Shown here: in pieces, positions 21,884 to 31,539 of the stretch | Layout: each line of letters starts with the position of its first letter | Numbering within the stretch: the first letter of the stretch is position 1 | NCBI GenBank assembly: GCA_964515905.1 | Contig: CAZEWK010000097.1 | Coordinates: 23,241-87,240 of the forward strand | From: an uncultured Rhodospirillaceae bacterium | Lineage (GTDB): Bacteria > Pseudomonadota > Alphaproteobacteria > UBA7887 | Direction: 5' to 3' | DNA length: 64,000 nucleotides | Program-made: the position numbers and the translations under genes | The notes under the pieces: model-generated | The model's input: the letters and a program-made list of their open reading frames with translations, nothing else | What the model was told of the DNA's origin: nothing | Databases searched by the model: none

Positions 21884-23566
21884 CTAAACCCTAATTTTGT
21901 CGAATTCCGCTCTCTGGCCTGTTCCATAAGTTTGCAATGCACCATCGGGTCCATTGGCATTTGGTCGTTCGAAGATCCAGTTTTGCCAAGCTGACAAACG
22001 TCCAAAGATTTTCGTTTCAAGCGTCTCAGGACCTGTAAAACGGAGATTAGCCTCCAAACCGATCAGGGCATCTCCGGAAAAACTTGACCTTTCCTCCAAA
22101 GCTAGACGGATTGCTTCTTCCCAGTCAATTTCGTCGGGGGTTTCAGTTGTAAGTCCCAATTCTCTTGCGGAAGAAGTGGAGAGTCGTTCACCCAGAATCC
22201 GGTAAAGATCTAAAATTCTTTGTTCGTCGTCCAAAAAACGTGTTTGCAAGCGGCTTAGGCCGTTAGCCATTGGTAGTTTACCAAAATTCATCTCTGTTAG
22301 GAAAATCGAGGCCGTGGTTTTCTCATCTAACATATAAATCCGGTCGCACGCCAACGCTAATTCAAATAAAGTCCCAGAAAATGCATCTCCATCATTAATC
22401 AAAGCGATTAAGCTCCGAGAGGTCACCTCTAGACGTTTCAAAATACGAGTCCAATAAAGTCTTACTTCCCGCAAAAACCAATAATGTCCAAGAGAAATAC
22501 TAGTTTCATCGTATTCGCAAATTAAAGGGCCCAAGCCGTTTGCCCGAAAAACCCAGTTATTTATTTCTGGACGATTGGTCCTCAGGTGAAGGATCACATC
22601 ATCTAGGGCGCGGGCCAAAGCCAGTGGCCAGAATTTGGTTCCTAAGGCCCGTATATCTTCGGCTGAATTAGGACAGGACTCGCTAGGACCAAAGATAGTG
22701 AAGTTGGCGCAAGAGGTATTAGAATCTATATCCACCTTTAAAAACGGATATTCAAGTTTTGCTCTGGCAATTGTTCTCTCCAATGGAGGCAAACGAATTC
22801 CCGGGCTCTTGGCGATCTCAGCTCTTAGATTATTTATTGCAAGAGCTCTCTTGAGGGCCGTTTCGTTAAGAGTAGATGCTGATACAAGTTCGTCCACCAG
22901 AGACCATTCTAAAGCACGCTTACCTCTCAGCCCCTCGCTGGTCGTACAAAATAAATCGGCACGATCACGTCGCACACGCCTCTTATCAACGAGACGAGTT
23001 AAACCGCCCGTTCCAGGAAGAACACCCAGCAAGGGAACCTCTGGAAGAGAAACAGATGAGGTCCCATCATCAACTAACATGATATAATCACACGCTAAGG
23101 CCAGCTCATATCCTCCACCAGAGGCTGTACCGTTTATTACTGCAATATATTTTTGTCCCGATTCGCTACTTGCCTGTTCTATTGCACAGCGTGTTTCATT
23201 CGTAAATTTACAAAAATTCACTTTTTCGCCGTGGGTTGCCCCTTTAAGCATGCCAATATTAGCACCAGCACAAAATATTTTTTCTTTCATCGAGGTTATC
23301 AATACGGCTCCAACCTCAGGATACTCAAAGCGTATTCGCTGGACCGCATCGTATAACTCTATATCAACACCAAGGTCGTACGAATTAAGCTTTAGTTCGT
23401 AATCCTGCTTCACACCCTTACGTTCATCCACGTCCATTGACAGGATTGCAATTGGCGGCTCAACTTTCAGTTGCCAATGCTGGTAGCGCTCAGGAGTGGT
23501 CTGAAAATCTATTTGTAGTGGGCGTCCTACCCCATGTCCGGTTAGACGATTGTTACTATTAGCCAT
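21884..23566 (-). CDS. boxC: 2,3-epoxybenzoyl-CoA dihydrolase (crotonase superfamily)
   Basis: KLNSYDLGVDIEL, FCAGANI, NFCKFTNETR, GGGYELALAC, LPEVPLL, RLSAWQNWIF; directly upstream of boxB. Confidence 0.95.
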   Translation of the reverse strand: MANSNNRLTGHGVGRPLQIDFQTTPERYQHWQLKVEPPIAILSMDVDERKGVKQDYELKLNSYDLGVDIELYDAVQRIRFEYPEVGAVLITSMKEKIFCAGANIGMLKGATHGEKVNFCKFTNETRCAIEQASSESGQKYIAVINGTASGGGYELALACDYIMLVDDGTSSVSLPEVPLLGVLPGTGGLTRLVDKRRVRRDRADLFCTTSEGLRGKRALEWSLVDELVSASTLNETALKRALAINNLRAEIAKSPGIRLPPLERTIARAKLEYPFLKVDIDSNTSCANFTIFGPSESCPNSAEDIRALGTKFWPLALARALDDVILHLRTNRPEINNWVFRANGLGPLICEYDETSISLGHYWFLREVRLYWTRILKRLEVTSRSLIALINDGDAFSGTLFELALACDRIYMLDEKTTASIFLTEMNFGKLPMANGLSRLQTRFLDDEQRILDLYRILGERLSTSSARELGLTTETPDEIDWEEAIRLALEERSSFSGDALIGLEANLRFTGPETLETKIFGRLSAWQNWIFERPNANGPDGALQTYGTGQRAEFDKIRV

Positions 23567-23583
23567 TGGCCTCTCTATTGGTG

Positions 23584-23663
23584 AAGACTAGAGTCTTGAT
23601 TTGCATACCATACTTAAAAGGTTAGGACCCAGGTAACATAAGATCGAGTGCTGTAATATGCAG
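23584..23663. promoter_or_regulatory. Divergent control region between boxC and the CoA ligase, with palindromes
   Basis: AAGACT-AG-AGTCTT at 23584-23597, a TGCA at 23602-23605, and TGCT-N6-TGCA at 23649-23662. Confidence 0.4.
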
Positions 23664-23692
23664 TTTCCAACAACTAAAAGGAAGCCACAAAC

Positions 23693-24925
23693 ATGGATTA
23701 TTATGACGAATTGGAAACCCGTCACCCAGACGTACGACATAAAGCACTATTTGATGCGCTGCCAAATCACATCCATCACGCAAGAAGAAATGCACCTCAC
23801 TGGGGAAGCACCTTATCCGCAATTAAATCTGAATTGGTACGCACGCCTGAGGCCTTGGCACAGTTGCCAATCACTAGAAAATCCGAATTAAATGATATTC
23901 AACAAGAACGTCCACCCCTTGGGGGGCTTACCACTGCCATACCCACCAGTCTCAGTTGGATATTTTGTTCACCTGGACCTATCTATGAACCTGGTCAGAA
24001 GGATCAAGATTTCTGGCGTATGGGAAGGGCACTTTTTGCTGCAGGTTTCCGCAAGGGCGACATCGTATACAACACTTTCTCGTACCATTTAACTCCGGCC
24101 GGACACATGATGGAAGCAGGCGCTCACGCTTGTGGTTGCGCGGTAGTGCCAGGCGGCATAGGCAATACAGAGCAGCAACTCCAGGCAATAAGCCACATAA
24201 AGCCAGTTGGATACATCGGGACACCATCTTTCTTAAAAATTCTGCTCGATAAGGCTGGAGAGCTGTCTATAGACGTTTCTTTTATTACTAAAGCAGCTGT
24301 GGGCGGCGAAGCGCTTCCGCCAAGCCTTCGTCAACGTTTTAAGTCATTGGGCATCAATGTTCTCCAGAGCTACGGGACCGCAGATCTGGGACTGGTTGCT
24401 TATGAATCTGCAGCTTTAGAGGGTATGATTATCGACGAAGATGTAATCCTCGAGATAGTCCGACCTGGGACTGGCACTCCCATACCAGACGGAGAAGTTG
24501 GAGAGGTAGTTGTTACTTCATTTAACGCTGTTTATCCATTGATACGTTTTGCAACGGGCGACTTATCCGCAATCTTACCGGGACAAAGCCCCTGCGGTCG
24601 CACAAATAAACGAATAAAAGGTTGGATGGGGCGCGCGGATCAAACAACAAAGGTAAAAGGAATGTTTGTCCACCCGAAGCAAATTGCAGAGATCACAGCG
24701 CATCATCCTGAAATAACGCTTGCTCGTTTGGTCGTAGACAACATAGACCATGTGGACACAATGACTCTGAACTGTGAAGTAAGTCACGCCAACGAAGGGT
24801 TAAAGGAAGCCATCGCCAGCACCTTGCGAACTATCTGCAAACTCAAAGGCACCGTTGTATTTTGTCAACCTGGCACTTTAGCAAATGATGGAAAAGTCAT
24901 CGACGATATTAGGACTTATAAATAA
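23693..24925 (+). CDS. Phenylacetate-CoA ligase (PaaK)-like AMP-forming aryl-CoA ligase
   Basis: LPITRK, SPGPIYEP, FSYHLTPAG, GTPSFL, YGTADLG, RFATGD, GRADQTTKVKG. Confidence 0.85.
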   Translation: MDYYDELETRHPDVRHKALFDALPNHIHHARRNAPHWGSTLSAIKSELVRTPEALAQLPITRKSELNDIQQERPPLGGLTTAIPTSLSWIFCSPGPIYEPGQKDQDFWRMGRALFAAGFRKGDIVYNTFSYHLTPAGHMMEAGAHACGCAVVPGGIGNTEQQLQAISHIKPVGYIGTPSFLKILLDKAGELSIDVSFITKAAVGGEALPPSLRQRFKSLGINVLQSYGTADLGLVAYESAALEGMIIDEDVILEIVRPGTGTPIPDGEVGEVVVTSFNAVYPLIRFATGDLSAILPGQSPCGRTNKRIKGWMGRADQTTKVKGMFVHPKQIAEITAHHPEITLARLVVDNIDHVDTMTLNCEVSHANEGLKEAIASTLRTICKLKGTVVFCQPGTLANDGKVIDDIRTYK

Positions 24926-24957
24926 TTCCTAAAATACACAATATTACTTGGTGCAAA

Positions 24958-25689
24958 TTACCTTTTCTTTTGGGCACGAATGGCTTTAGCGTATGATTCT
25001 TTTTCTTGGGCTTCTTCTGGGCGCCCCATATCCCGAAGTAATATCGCATAATTCTCATAGCCCCGGGCCACCTCTGAATGTTTCTCCCCAAACGAACTTC
25101 GCATCATAACCATTGCAGCTCCAAAAAGGTTCTCTGAATCTGCATACTTACCTTGAACATGTAGTAGCCGGGCACGATTGTGATAAGCTCGGGCACGATA
25201 TTTTGTAGCTATTCTGCTCATCGAATTGAACGCGTGAGGGTTGTCGGCAAGCACTGACTGCATAACCTCCAATGCTCGGCTATAGTGCTTTTCTGCATCG
25301 GTCAAATTGTCCTGCTCCTCAAACAACCGACCTAAACTATTGTGGCTAGCAGCTACATCCGCATGAATTGCTCCTAATGTCGCTACACGAATTTTTAGGG
25401 CTCTCTCATACAACGATTGTGCGTCAGTAAATCGCGATTGCAACTGATATAATTTGCCAAGATTAAAATGAAATGCTGCCGTGGTTGGATGCTTATTTCC
25501 AAACTCCTCCTCGCTCAATTGAATAGCTATCTCCGCATAGGGAACCGCTTCAGCATATTGGTGAAGTTTAAACATTGCTTTCACCTTATTTTGAACCTCT
25601 CGTAATTCCTCCGACGATTGAGAAAGCACCGGTTCTTGGCTGCCAAGGCCTATCGCAAGAACTAAAAACCCCAGAATCCCTCTGAACAT
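24958..25689 (-). CDS. Exported tetratricopeptide-repeat protein (kinesin light chain-like TPRs)
   Basis: Signal peptide; repeated HP/HA-x-x-A...NLG-x-LY...A-x-x-x-Y-x-RAL units; ATG at 25689 with GGAG RBS. Confidence 0.85.
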   Translation of the reverse strand: MFRGILGFLVLAIGLGSQEPVLSQSSEELREVQNKVKAMFKLHQYAEAVPYAEIAIQLSEEEFGNKHPTTAAFHFNLGKLYQLQSRFTDAQSLYERALKIRVATLGAIHADVAASHNSLGRLFEEQDNLTDAEKHYSRALEVMQSVLADNPHAFNSMSRIATKYRARAYHNRARLLHVQGKYADSENLFGAAMVMMRSSFGEKHSEVARGYENYAILLRDMGRPEEAQEKESYAKAIRAQKKR

Positions 25690-25796
25690 TAAGTCGCACT
25701 CCACTGGACTAATAACGTCTTTTGACGTTAATGTTTAACCACCGATCAAACAAGGGTTTGCTATGTATTGAGGGTGTGTCGGGACCGAATGTCCCT

Positions 25797-26246
25797 TTAT
25801 CGGCGTATGCGGAAAAACTTTTTTAGTAAGAGCCCCGCTTCCTGTTCGCAGATTCCACCGTAAACTTCTGGCTTATGATTACAAGAAGGAAGAGAATATA
25901 TTCTGGCGCCATTTTCGACCCCACCCCCCTTTAAATCGGCAGCCCCAAAATATAGCCTTCGAATACGAGCCAAAGAAATCGCTTGTGCACACATAGGGCA
26001 GGGCTCCAAACTGACGTATAGATCGAACCCAGTGAGACGAGGAGTCTGGAAAACTTGAGTTGCATGGCGTAAAACCAGGATCTCGGCATGCGCTGTCGGG
26101 TCCGTATGTTCCTCCACTCGGTTACTGTTTGCCGCTACCACTGCGCCGCCAGAATCAACAAGCACAGCGCCAACAGGGACTTCCCCTCGTAAAAGACCGG
26201 CCCGAGCCTGATCTAAGGCCTGTTCCATAAAACTTTTATAGAGCAC
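25797..26246 (-). CDS. tadA: tRNA adenosine(34) deaminase
   Basis: EVPVGAV, DPTAHAE, LEPCPMC zinc ligands. Confidence 0.9.
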   Translation of the reverse strand: MLYKSFMEQALDQARAGLLRGEVPVGAVLVDSGGAVVAANSNRVEEHTDPTAHAEILVLRHATQVFQTPRLTGFDLYVSLEPCPMCAQAISLARIRRLYFGAADLKGGGVENGARIYSLPSCNHKPEVYGGICEQEAGLLLKKFFRIRR

Positions 26247-26327
26247 TGCAGCAAATTCCTATTATCATGGTACGAAGACCATAGTTCCACTGTTGCACCT
26301 GTCCACCCTTAATATTATCCTAGTCAT

Positions 26328-27053
26328 ATGTCGCCTCCATCGCACCAACCAGTAATTGGCGTTACGCTGGATTACGAAACAGCCGGGGGTTATTCAAAAT
26401 TTCCATGGTATGCAGTTCGTGAAAATTATATGGATGCAGTCACCTTTGCAGGCGGACTGCCGGTGGCGTTACCACATAGCGATCAAAACATCTCCCAATA
26501 TATGGACATGATTGACGGATTGCTTGTGACCGGAGGCGCTTTCGACGTTGACCCGCAACTGTTTGGCGCTGCACGGACTAACACAGTAACAGTCACGAAG
26601 ACCCAACGCACACGCTTTGAGCTATCTGCAGTCGGCATAGCATTGGAGCGCGATATTCCCCTTCTCGGAATTTGTGGCGGAGAACAGCTGATTAATGTCG
26701 CTTTGGGTGGTAGTCTTATACAAGATATCTCGCATGATGTTGCCGGCAGCCTTCAACACGAACAAGTAGCTCCCAGAAATGAGCCTGGGCATAGTGTCAA
26801 TATTATCTCAAAAACGTTGCTTCACAGTATCGTCGGGCAAAGTACTATTGAAGTAAATAGTGCACACCACCAGGCGGTGGCAAATATCGGAACGTCTTGC
26901 GTTGTTAACGCCTTGGCTCCCGATGGTATTATTGAGGGCATTGAAGAATTGAATCATAGATTCTGTCTTGGGATTCAATGGCATCCAGAATTTCACATTT
27001 CATCTGGAGACAGAAAAATATTTGAGGCCTTCGTTAATGCCTGCAATCAATGA
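26328..27053 (+). CDS. Gamma-glutamyl-gamma-aminobutyrate hydrolase family (peptidase C26, class I GATase)
   Basis: GLLVTGG, LGICGG nucleophile elbow, VNSAHHQ, QWHPE. Confidence 0.9.
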   Translation: MSPPSHQPVIGVTLDYETAGGYSKFPWYAVRENYMDAVTFAGGLPVALPHSDQNISQYMDMIDGLLVTGGAFDVDPQLFGAARTNTVTVTKTQRTRFELSAVGIALERDIPLLGICGGEQLINVALGGSLIQDISHDVAGSLQHEQVAPRNEPGHSVNIISKTLLHSIVGQSTIEVNSAHHQAVANIGTSCVVNALAPDGIIEGIEELNHRFCLGIQWHPEFHISSGDRKIFEAFVNACNQ

Positions 27054-27775
27054 CAAAGGATGGCTCAGAACGCGTCGCGAAACGGCTAGCAAGGGCCGGA
27101 CTTTGTTCAAGACGTCAGGGGGAACTCTGGGTCCGAGAAGGTCGTGTTACAGTGGATGGGGAAATTTTAACAACACCAGCGGTGCTAGTTGGACCAAAGT
27201 CTTCGATAAAGGTCGATGGTAGAGAAATACCTAAACCGAACGAAACTCTTCTTTGGCGGTACAATAAACCGCGCGGCTTGCTCACCACACATCAGGATCC
27301 ACGTGGTCGACCAACTGTATTTCAATCCCTACCCAAACATCTGCCCAGAGTTATATCCATTGGGCGTCTAGACATAAATTCTGAAGGGCTCTTACTGCTC
27401 ACAAACGATGGTGGGCTAGCACGCCGACTAGAGCTCCCAAAAACAGGCTTATTAAGGCGATACCGTGCACGTGTTCACGGGATCCCGGACACCGAGAAAT
27501 TAGAGTTATTAAAAAAAGGAATCATTGTTAATAAAATTTCCTATGCCCCAATATTTGCTAGTTTGGATCGTCAAGTGGGTCACAATGCCTGGTTAACCGT
27601 GGCCTTGAAGGAGGGGAAAAACCGAGAAGTAAGGAATGTCTTGAATCATCTTGGGCTCGACGTCAACCGCCTAATTCGCATTAGCTATGGGCCGTTCAAT
27701 TTAGGACAACTAAAAAGCGGTGGGGTTGCTGCAGTATCTAAAAAACTAACCAAGCGGTACACTGAGGATTTATGA
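27050..27775 (+). CDS. rluB: rRNA pseudouridine synthase, RluB/RsuA family, with S4 domain
   Basis: S4 domain (GLCSRR), NKPRG, GRLD catalytic Asp, EGKNREVR. Confidence 0.85.
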   Translation: MTKDGSERVAKRLARAGLCSRRQGELWVREGRVTVDGEILTTPAVLVGPKSSIKVDGREIPKPNETLLWRYNKPRGLLTTHQDPRGRPTVFQSLPKHLPRVISIGRLDINSEGLLLLTNDGGLARRLELPKTGLLRRYRARVHGIPDTEKLELLKKGIIVNKISYAPIFASLDRQVGHNAWLTVALKEGKNREVRNVLNHLGLDVNRLIRISYGPFNLGQLKSGGVAAVSKKLTKRYTEDL

Positions 27776-28341
27776 GAGTAATTTCTGGTATCTGGCGGAA
27801 CCACAAAATTATAGCCCCGCAGGGAAACACTGTACGACCTACAGCAGATCGTGCACGACAGATGATTTTCAATGTGGTCGAGAACTCGGGCCTTTACTCC
27901 AAGTGGCCTATAGAAAAGGCGACTTTTCTCGACTTATTTGCAGGTACTGGGGCCGTAGGGATAGAGGCACTTTCGCGAGGTGCAGGCACAGCAATCTTTA
28001 TAGACAACAGCAGAACATCAGTGGCAGCGGTGGACTCAAATGTTAAATCGATTGGAGCAGAAAAAAAATCAATCATAATTCAAGCAGACGCTCTAAACCC
28101 AGGACCACCACGAGCTACTTCTTCAATTGTATTTCTTGACCCACCCTACCAATACCACCTGTCGGGAAAGGCACTCACCTCTCTCTCCAAAACCAAATGG
28201 TTTGAAGCTGGAGCTCTCATTATAGTAGAAACTTCAAAAAACGATTTACTTAATTTACCGTCCGCCTTTGACCCAATTGAGCAGCGAAATTGTGGGAATG
28301 CAAGATTCTGGTTCTACGTTTTTCTTGGACTTAAATATTAG
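27772..28341 (+). CDS. rsmD: 16S rRNA m2G966 methyltransferase
   Basis: MRVISG, RPT, DLFAGTG, EALSRGA, DPPY. Confidence 0.95.
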   Translation: MRVISGIWRNHKIIAPQGNTVRPTADRARQMIFNVVENSGLYSKWPIEKATFLDLFAGTGAVGIEALSRGAGTAIFIDNSRTSVAAVDSNVKSIGAEKKSIIIQADALNPGPPRATSSIVFLDPPYQYHLSGKALTSLSKTKWFEAGALIIVETSKNDLLNLPSAFDPIEQRNCGNARFWFYVFLGLKY

Positions 28342-28369
28342 TAAGCCACTAACTACAATATACCCAAGA

Positions 28370-30172
28370 TTACCGGCGTCCAAACAGACGTTCAATATCC
28401 GAGAGTTTTAGCTCTACATACGTTGGTCGACCATGATTGCATTGGCCGGATCTTGGGGTGGACTCCATTTGGCGCAAAAGCGTATTCATTTCTTCAATAT
28501 TTAAACGTCGTCCCGCTCTGATGCTCCCATGGCATGCTATCGTGCTACATACCTCTTCTAGCCTTTCCTTAAGTGGAAGAGATGCCGAAAGTGATTCGAT
28601 CGCTTCTACAAGATCGTGAACAAGGCCGATTGCATCCACCTGGCCAAGTAATGCAGGTGTTTCTCTGACCAATACCGCGCCCTCCCCAAAAGGCTCCAGC
28701 ATTAAACCTAAATTAGCAAGTTCTGTCGAACGCTCACATAAACACTGTACACGCTCCGGTGCCATTTCCACGATTTCTGGGATTAAGAGTACTTGCCGGG
28801 CCACTCCATTCTCGGCCAGCGACTGCTTCATCTGTTCGTAAACCAACCGTTCATGGGCTGCATGTTGGTCCACAATAACCAACCCATCAGATGTTTGGGC
28901 AAACACATAAGTACCATGTACCTGGCCTCGTGCCGCACCAAGCGGGAACCCTACAGGGCTATCACTTTGTGTACTTACATCCTCAGCGCGGGCAAGCGGG
29001 GGCGCTTCGGGTGTTCCACTTTCACTATGTTTGGCTTGGGACCCCCATAACGTTTGACCACTATTCATCAATTTTGTTGCTGAATTCCGAAAAGTATCTT
29101 GTGGCTCTAGCCGCGCCGCGCCCAATGCCGCATGTGATACTGTTGTCGAAGCACGATGTCCGACCGCGTCAAGTGCATGACGTAGGGCACCAACTATCAG
29201 ACCACGAACTACACCTGGTTCCCGAAACCGCACTTCCGCCTTAGTTGGGTGGACATTCACATCAACGGCCGAATGTGCCAACTCAATAAATAAAGCTGCC
29301 AAGGGATAACGATCACGAGCTAATAAATCGCGGTAAGCAGCTCTCAAGGCACCAATTAGTAGTCTATCTCTTACTGGTCGGCCATTAACGAAAATGAATT
29401 GGAGGCGAGCATTTCCACGATTTAAGGTGGGCAGACCCACAAAACCGCTCAAGCTTATATCATCACGTTGACCTGTAATAGGAATGGCGTTTTCTGCAAA
29501 GTCCTTACCCATTATATGGGAAAGCCGGAGTAGTCTGGTTTCAATTAAATTGCCCTGGCTCGCATCGTAGTGAAGCCGCTGTTTCGCATCACACGATAAT
29601 GAAAAGGTGATATCCGGTCGGACCATGGCTAACTGCTTAACTACATCCACCACCGCGGTTGTTTCTGACCGCACAGTCTTCATGAATTTAAGTCTTGCAG
29701 GTGTGGAAAAAAACAGATCAGAAACCTCTACCACCGTACCAACCGAAAGAGCCCCTGGGACGAGTACTCCCTTAGCACCTGCCTCAACAGTCATTTGCCA
29801 GGCCTGATCAGATCCTTGTTTCCGGCTGGTTAAACGCAAACGGCTGACTGCACCGATAGATGGCAGAGCTTCTCCTCTGAAGCCAAGCCAATTTAGTTCG
29901 GTAAGATTATCGCCTGGCATTTTGGATGTCACATGCCGCTCCACAGACATAGGCAGCTCATCCTTATTCATACCTTCTCCATCATCGGTGACGGAAAGAA
30001 AGGTCTTTCCTCCATCCCGAACAGAGACCTGTATGCGCCTGGAACTGGCGTCTATCGCATTTTCTATTAACTCCTTAATTGCAGCAGAAGGTCGTTCAAT
30101 CACTTCACCTGCAGCTATCATGTTTACGAGATGCTCTGGTAATTGACGTAGTTTGTACTTAGCGCTGCTCAT
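28370..30172 (-). CDS. mutL: DNA mismatch repair endonuclease MutL
   Basis: IAAGEVIERP, GFRGEAL, DVNVHP, endonuclease motifs DQHAAHER, ACH and CNHGRP. Confidence 0.98.
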   Translation of the reverse strand: MSSAKYKLRQLPEHLVNMIAAGEVIERPSAAIKELIENAIDASSRRIQVSVRDGGKTFLSVTDDGEGMNKDELPMSVERHVTSKMPGDNLTELNWLGFRGEALPSIGAVSRLRLTSRKQGSDQAWQMTVEAGAKGVLVPGALSVGTVVEVSDLFFSTPARLKFMKTVRSETTAVVDVVKQLAMVRPDITFSLSCDAKQRLHYDASQGNLIETRLLRLSHIMGKDFAENAIPITGQRDDISLSGFVGLPTLNRGNARLQFIFVNGRPVRDRLLIGALRAAYRDLLARDRYPLAALFIELAHSAVDVNVHPTKAEVRFREPGVVRGLIVGALRHALDAVGHRASTTVSHAALGAARLEPQDTFRNSATKLMNSGQTLWGSQAKHSESGTPEAPPLARAEDVSTQSDSPVGFPLGAARGQVHGTYVFAQTSDGLVIVDQHAAHERLVYEQMKQSLAENGVARQVLLIPEIVEMAPERVQCLCERSTELANLGLMLEPFGEGAVLVRETPALLGQVDAIGLVHDLVEAIESLSASLPLKERLEEVCSTIACHGSIRAGRRLNIEEMNTLLRQMESTPRSGQCNHGRPTYVELKLSDIERLFGRR

Positions 30173-31476
30173 TACAGATTTACCAAATATTGCAGGGCCA
30201 TTTTTTTTCCTTGCTCAACAGCTGGTTGGCTGTATGCGTTAACACCATAAAGATCCGCAGCAACAATGGTTTCCAACATGAAATGCATGAACAGCGACCC
30301 TAATACCTCCTCTGTTACGCCGCTTAGATGAAATCGGCGAACCGGATGGCCTTCTTCTAACAAGGAGCATGCCGTAGCCTGATATTCGGCTGCGATCAAA
30401 TCACCGACGGTATGCCCGTTTAGATCACGTAAAATTGCTTCATTTGAGGAACCCGCATCTATTTGCCTCCCCTTACCCAAGGTATCCGATGCAATAAGTG
30501 TAAACATCTTGTCTGCTGGACCATCCAGATAAAGCTGTAACTGACTATGCTGATCTACTGTGCCAATAGCGTCTATAGGCGTGATGCCAAGTCCGTTCTT
30601 TCCAAGTGATTCTGCTGCTAATTGCCTATACCAAAGTGCAAAACTCCTCAACCGGTCACTGTATGGCATCATTACGTTGGCGGTAATTCCACATCTCTTG
30701 TTCAAAGCTACTGTGACAGCAGCACCTCGGACCACTTCAGAATCTCTAGGATGCTTTGAACTGACAGTCGATTTAAGAACCGTCTGCGCCCCTTCCAAAA
30801 TTGCCTCACAGTCGAGCCCAGCAATCATAGCCGGCAATTGCCCCACTATCGATAAAACAGAAAAACGACCCCCAACTCTTGGGTCGTGGTCAAGCACGTT
30901 CATGGACAAATCAATTGCATGGCTTCTTAACGGATTGTCACCGGGATCCGTTATAACAATAAAATGTTCACTCAACTGGACTTTCGTTGGCAAACTGGAA
31001 AGCGCCGATAAACAGGCCAGGAACTGAGCAATCGTAGATGCCGTTCGTCCTGACTTGCTCACCACAATAAATACTGTTTTGACCAACTCTAGATGCTCTA
31101 ATAACTCATCAAGGCTAAATGGATCTATATTTTCAAAAAAATAAATTTTAGGGTGTGCATACCCGACCCCTAAATTGTTTTTTAAAGAAACGAGAGCCTT
31201 TCCACCAAGACTGGAGCCTCCTGCACCTAGTATCACTACATGATTAGCTTTAGACCGAACTTCGTCCGCCAATACTCGGATACTCTTTAAAAACGACTTA
31301 GGAGAAGAGTTGCGTAGCACTGGCAACTCTGATTTATCATATGCCTGCCGCAGCCTCTCAAATGCTACGACACTGTCGTCTAGTTCTTTATCAAACTGAT
31401 TTTCAGACAACCTTCGCGATTCTTTTTCAGATGCCAGACAGCCGCTAATATCTTGCTCGTAAATCACCGAATACAA
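30172..31476 (-). CDS. pgi: Glucose-6-phosphate isomerase (short form)
   Basis: GGSSLG, SKSG-x-T, GGRFS, QLAAESLGK, DQHSQLQ, QPAVEQGK. Confidence 0.93.
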   Translation of the reverse strand: MYSVIYEQDISGCLASEKESRRLSENQFDKELDDSVVAFERLRQAYDKSELPVLRNSSPKSFLKSIRVLADEVRSKANHVVILGAGGSSLGGKALVSLKNNLGVGYAHPKIYFFENIDPFSLDELLEHLELVKTVFIVVSKSGRTASTIAQFLACLSALSSLPTKVQLSEHFIVITDPGDNPLRSHAIDLSMNVLDHDPRVGGRFSVLSIVGQLPAMIAGLDCEAILEGAQTVLKSTVSSKHPRDSEVVRGAAVTVALNKRCGITANVMMPYSDRLRSFALWYRQLAAESLGKNGLGITPIDAIGTVDQHSQLQLYLDGPADKMFTLIASDTLGKGRQIDAGSSNEAILRDLNGHTVGDLIAAEYQATACSLLEEGHPVRRFHLSGVTEEVLGSLFMHFMLETIVAADLYGVNAYSQPAVEQGKKMALQYLVNL

Positions 31477-31539
31477 CCCTTATATCCTGCCAAAACGTAA
31501 AACATCCTAAAACAAACAGGCTAAAAAAAACAAAGACCG

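Noticed and set aside
21325-21894. Long antisense or alternative-frame ORFs in the track (e.g. 21325..21894, 11438..11908, 16150..16632, 30560..31027, 61707..62189)
   Set aside because: They overlap well-supported genes and show no recognisable motifs; they are shadow ORFs.
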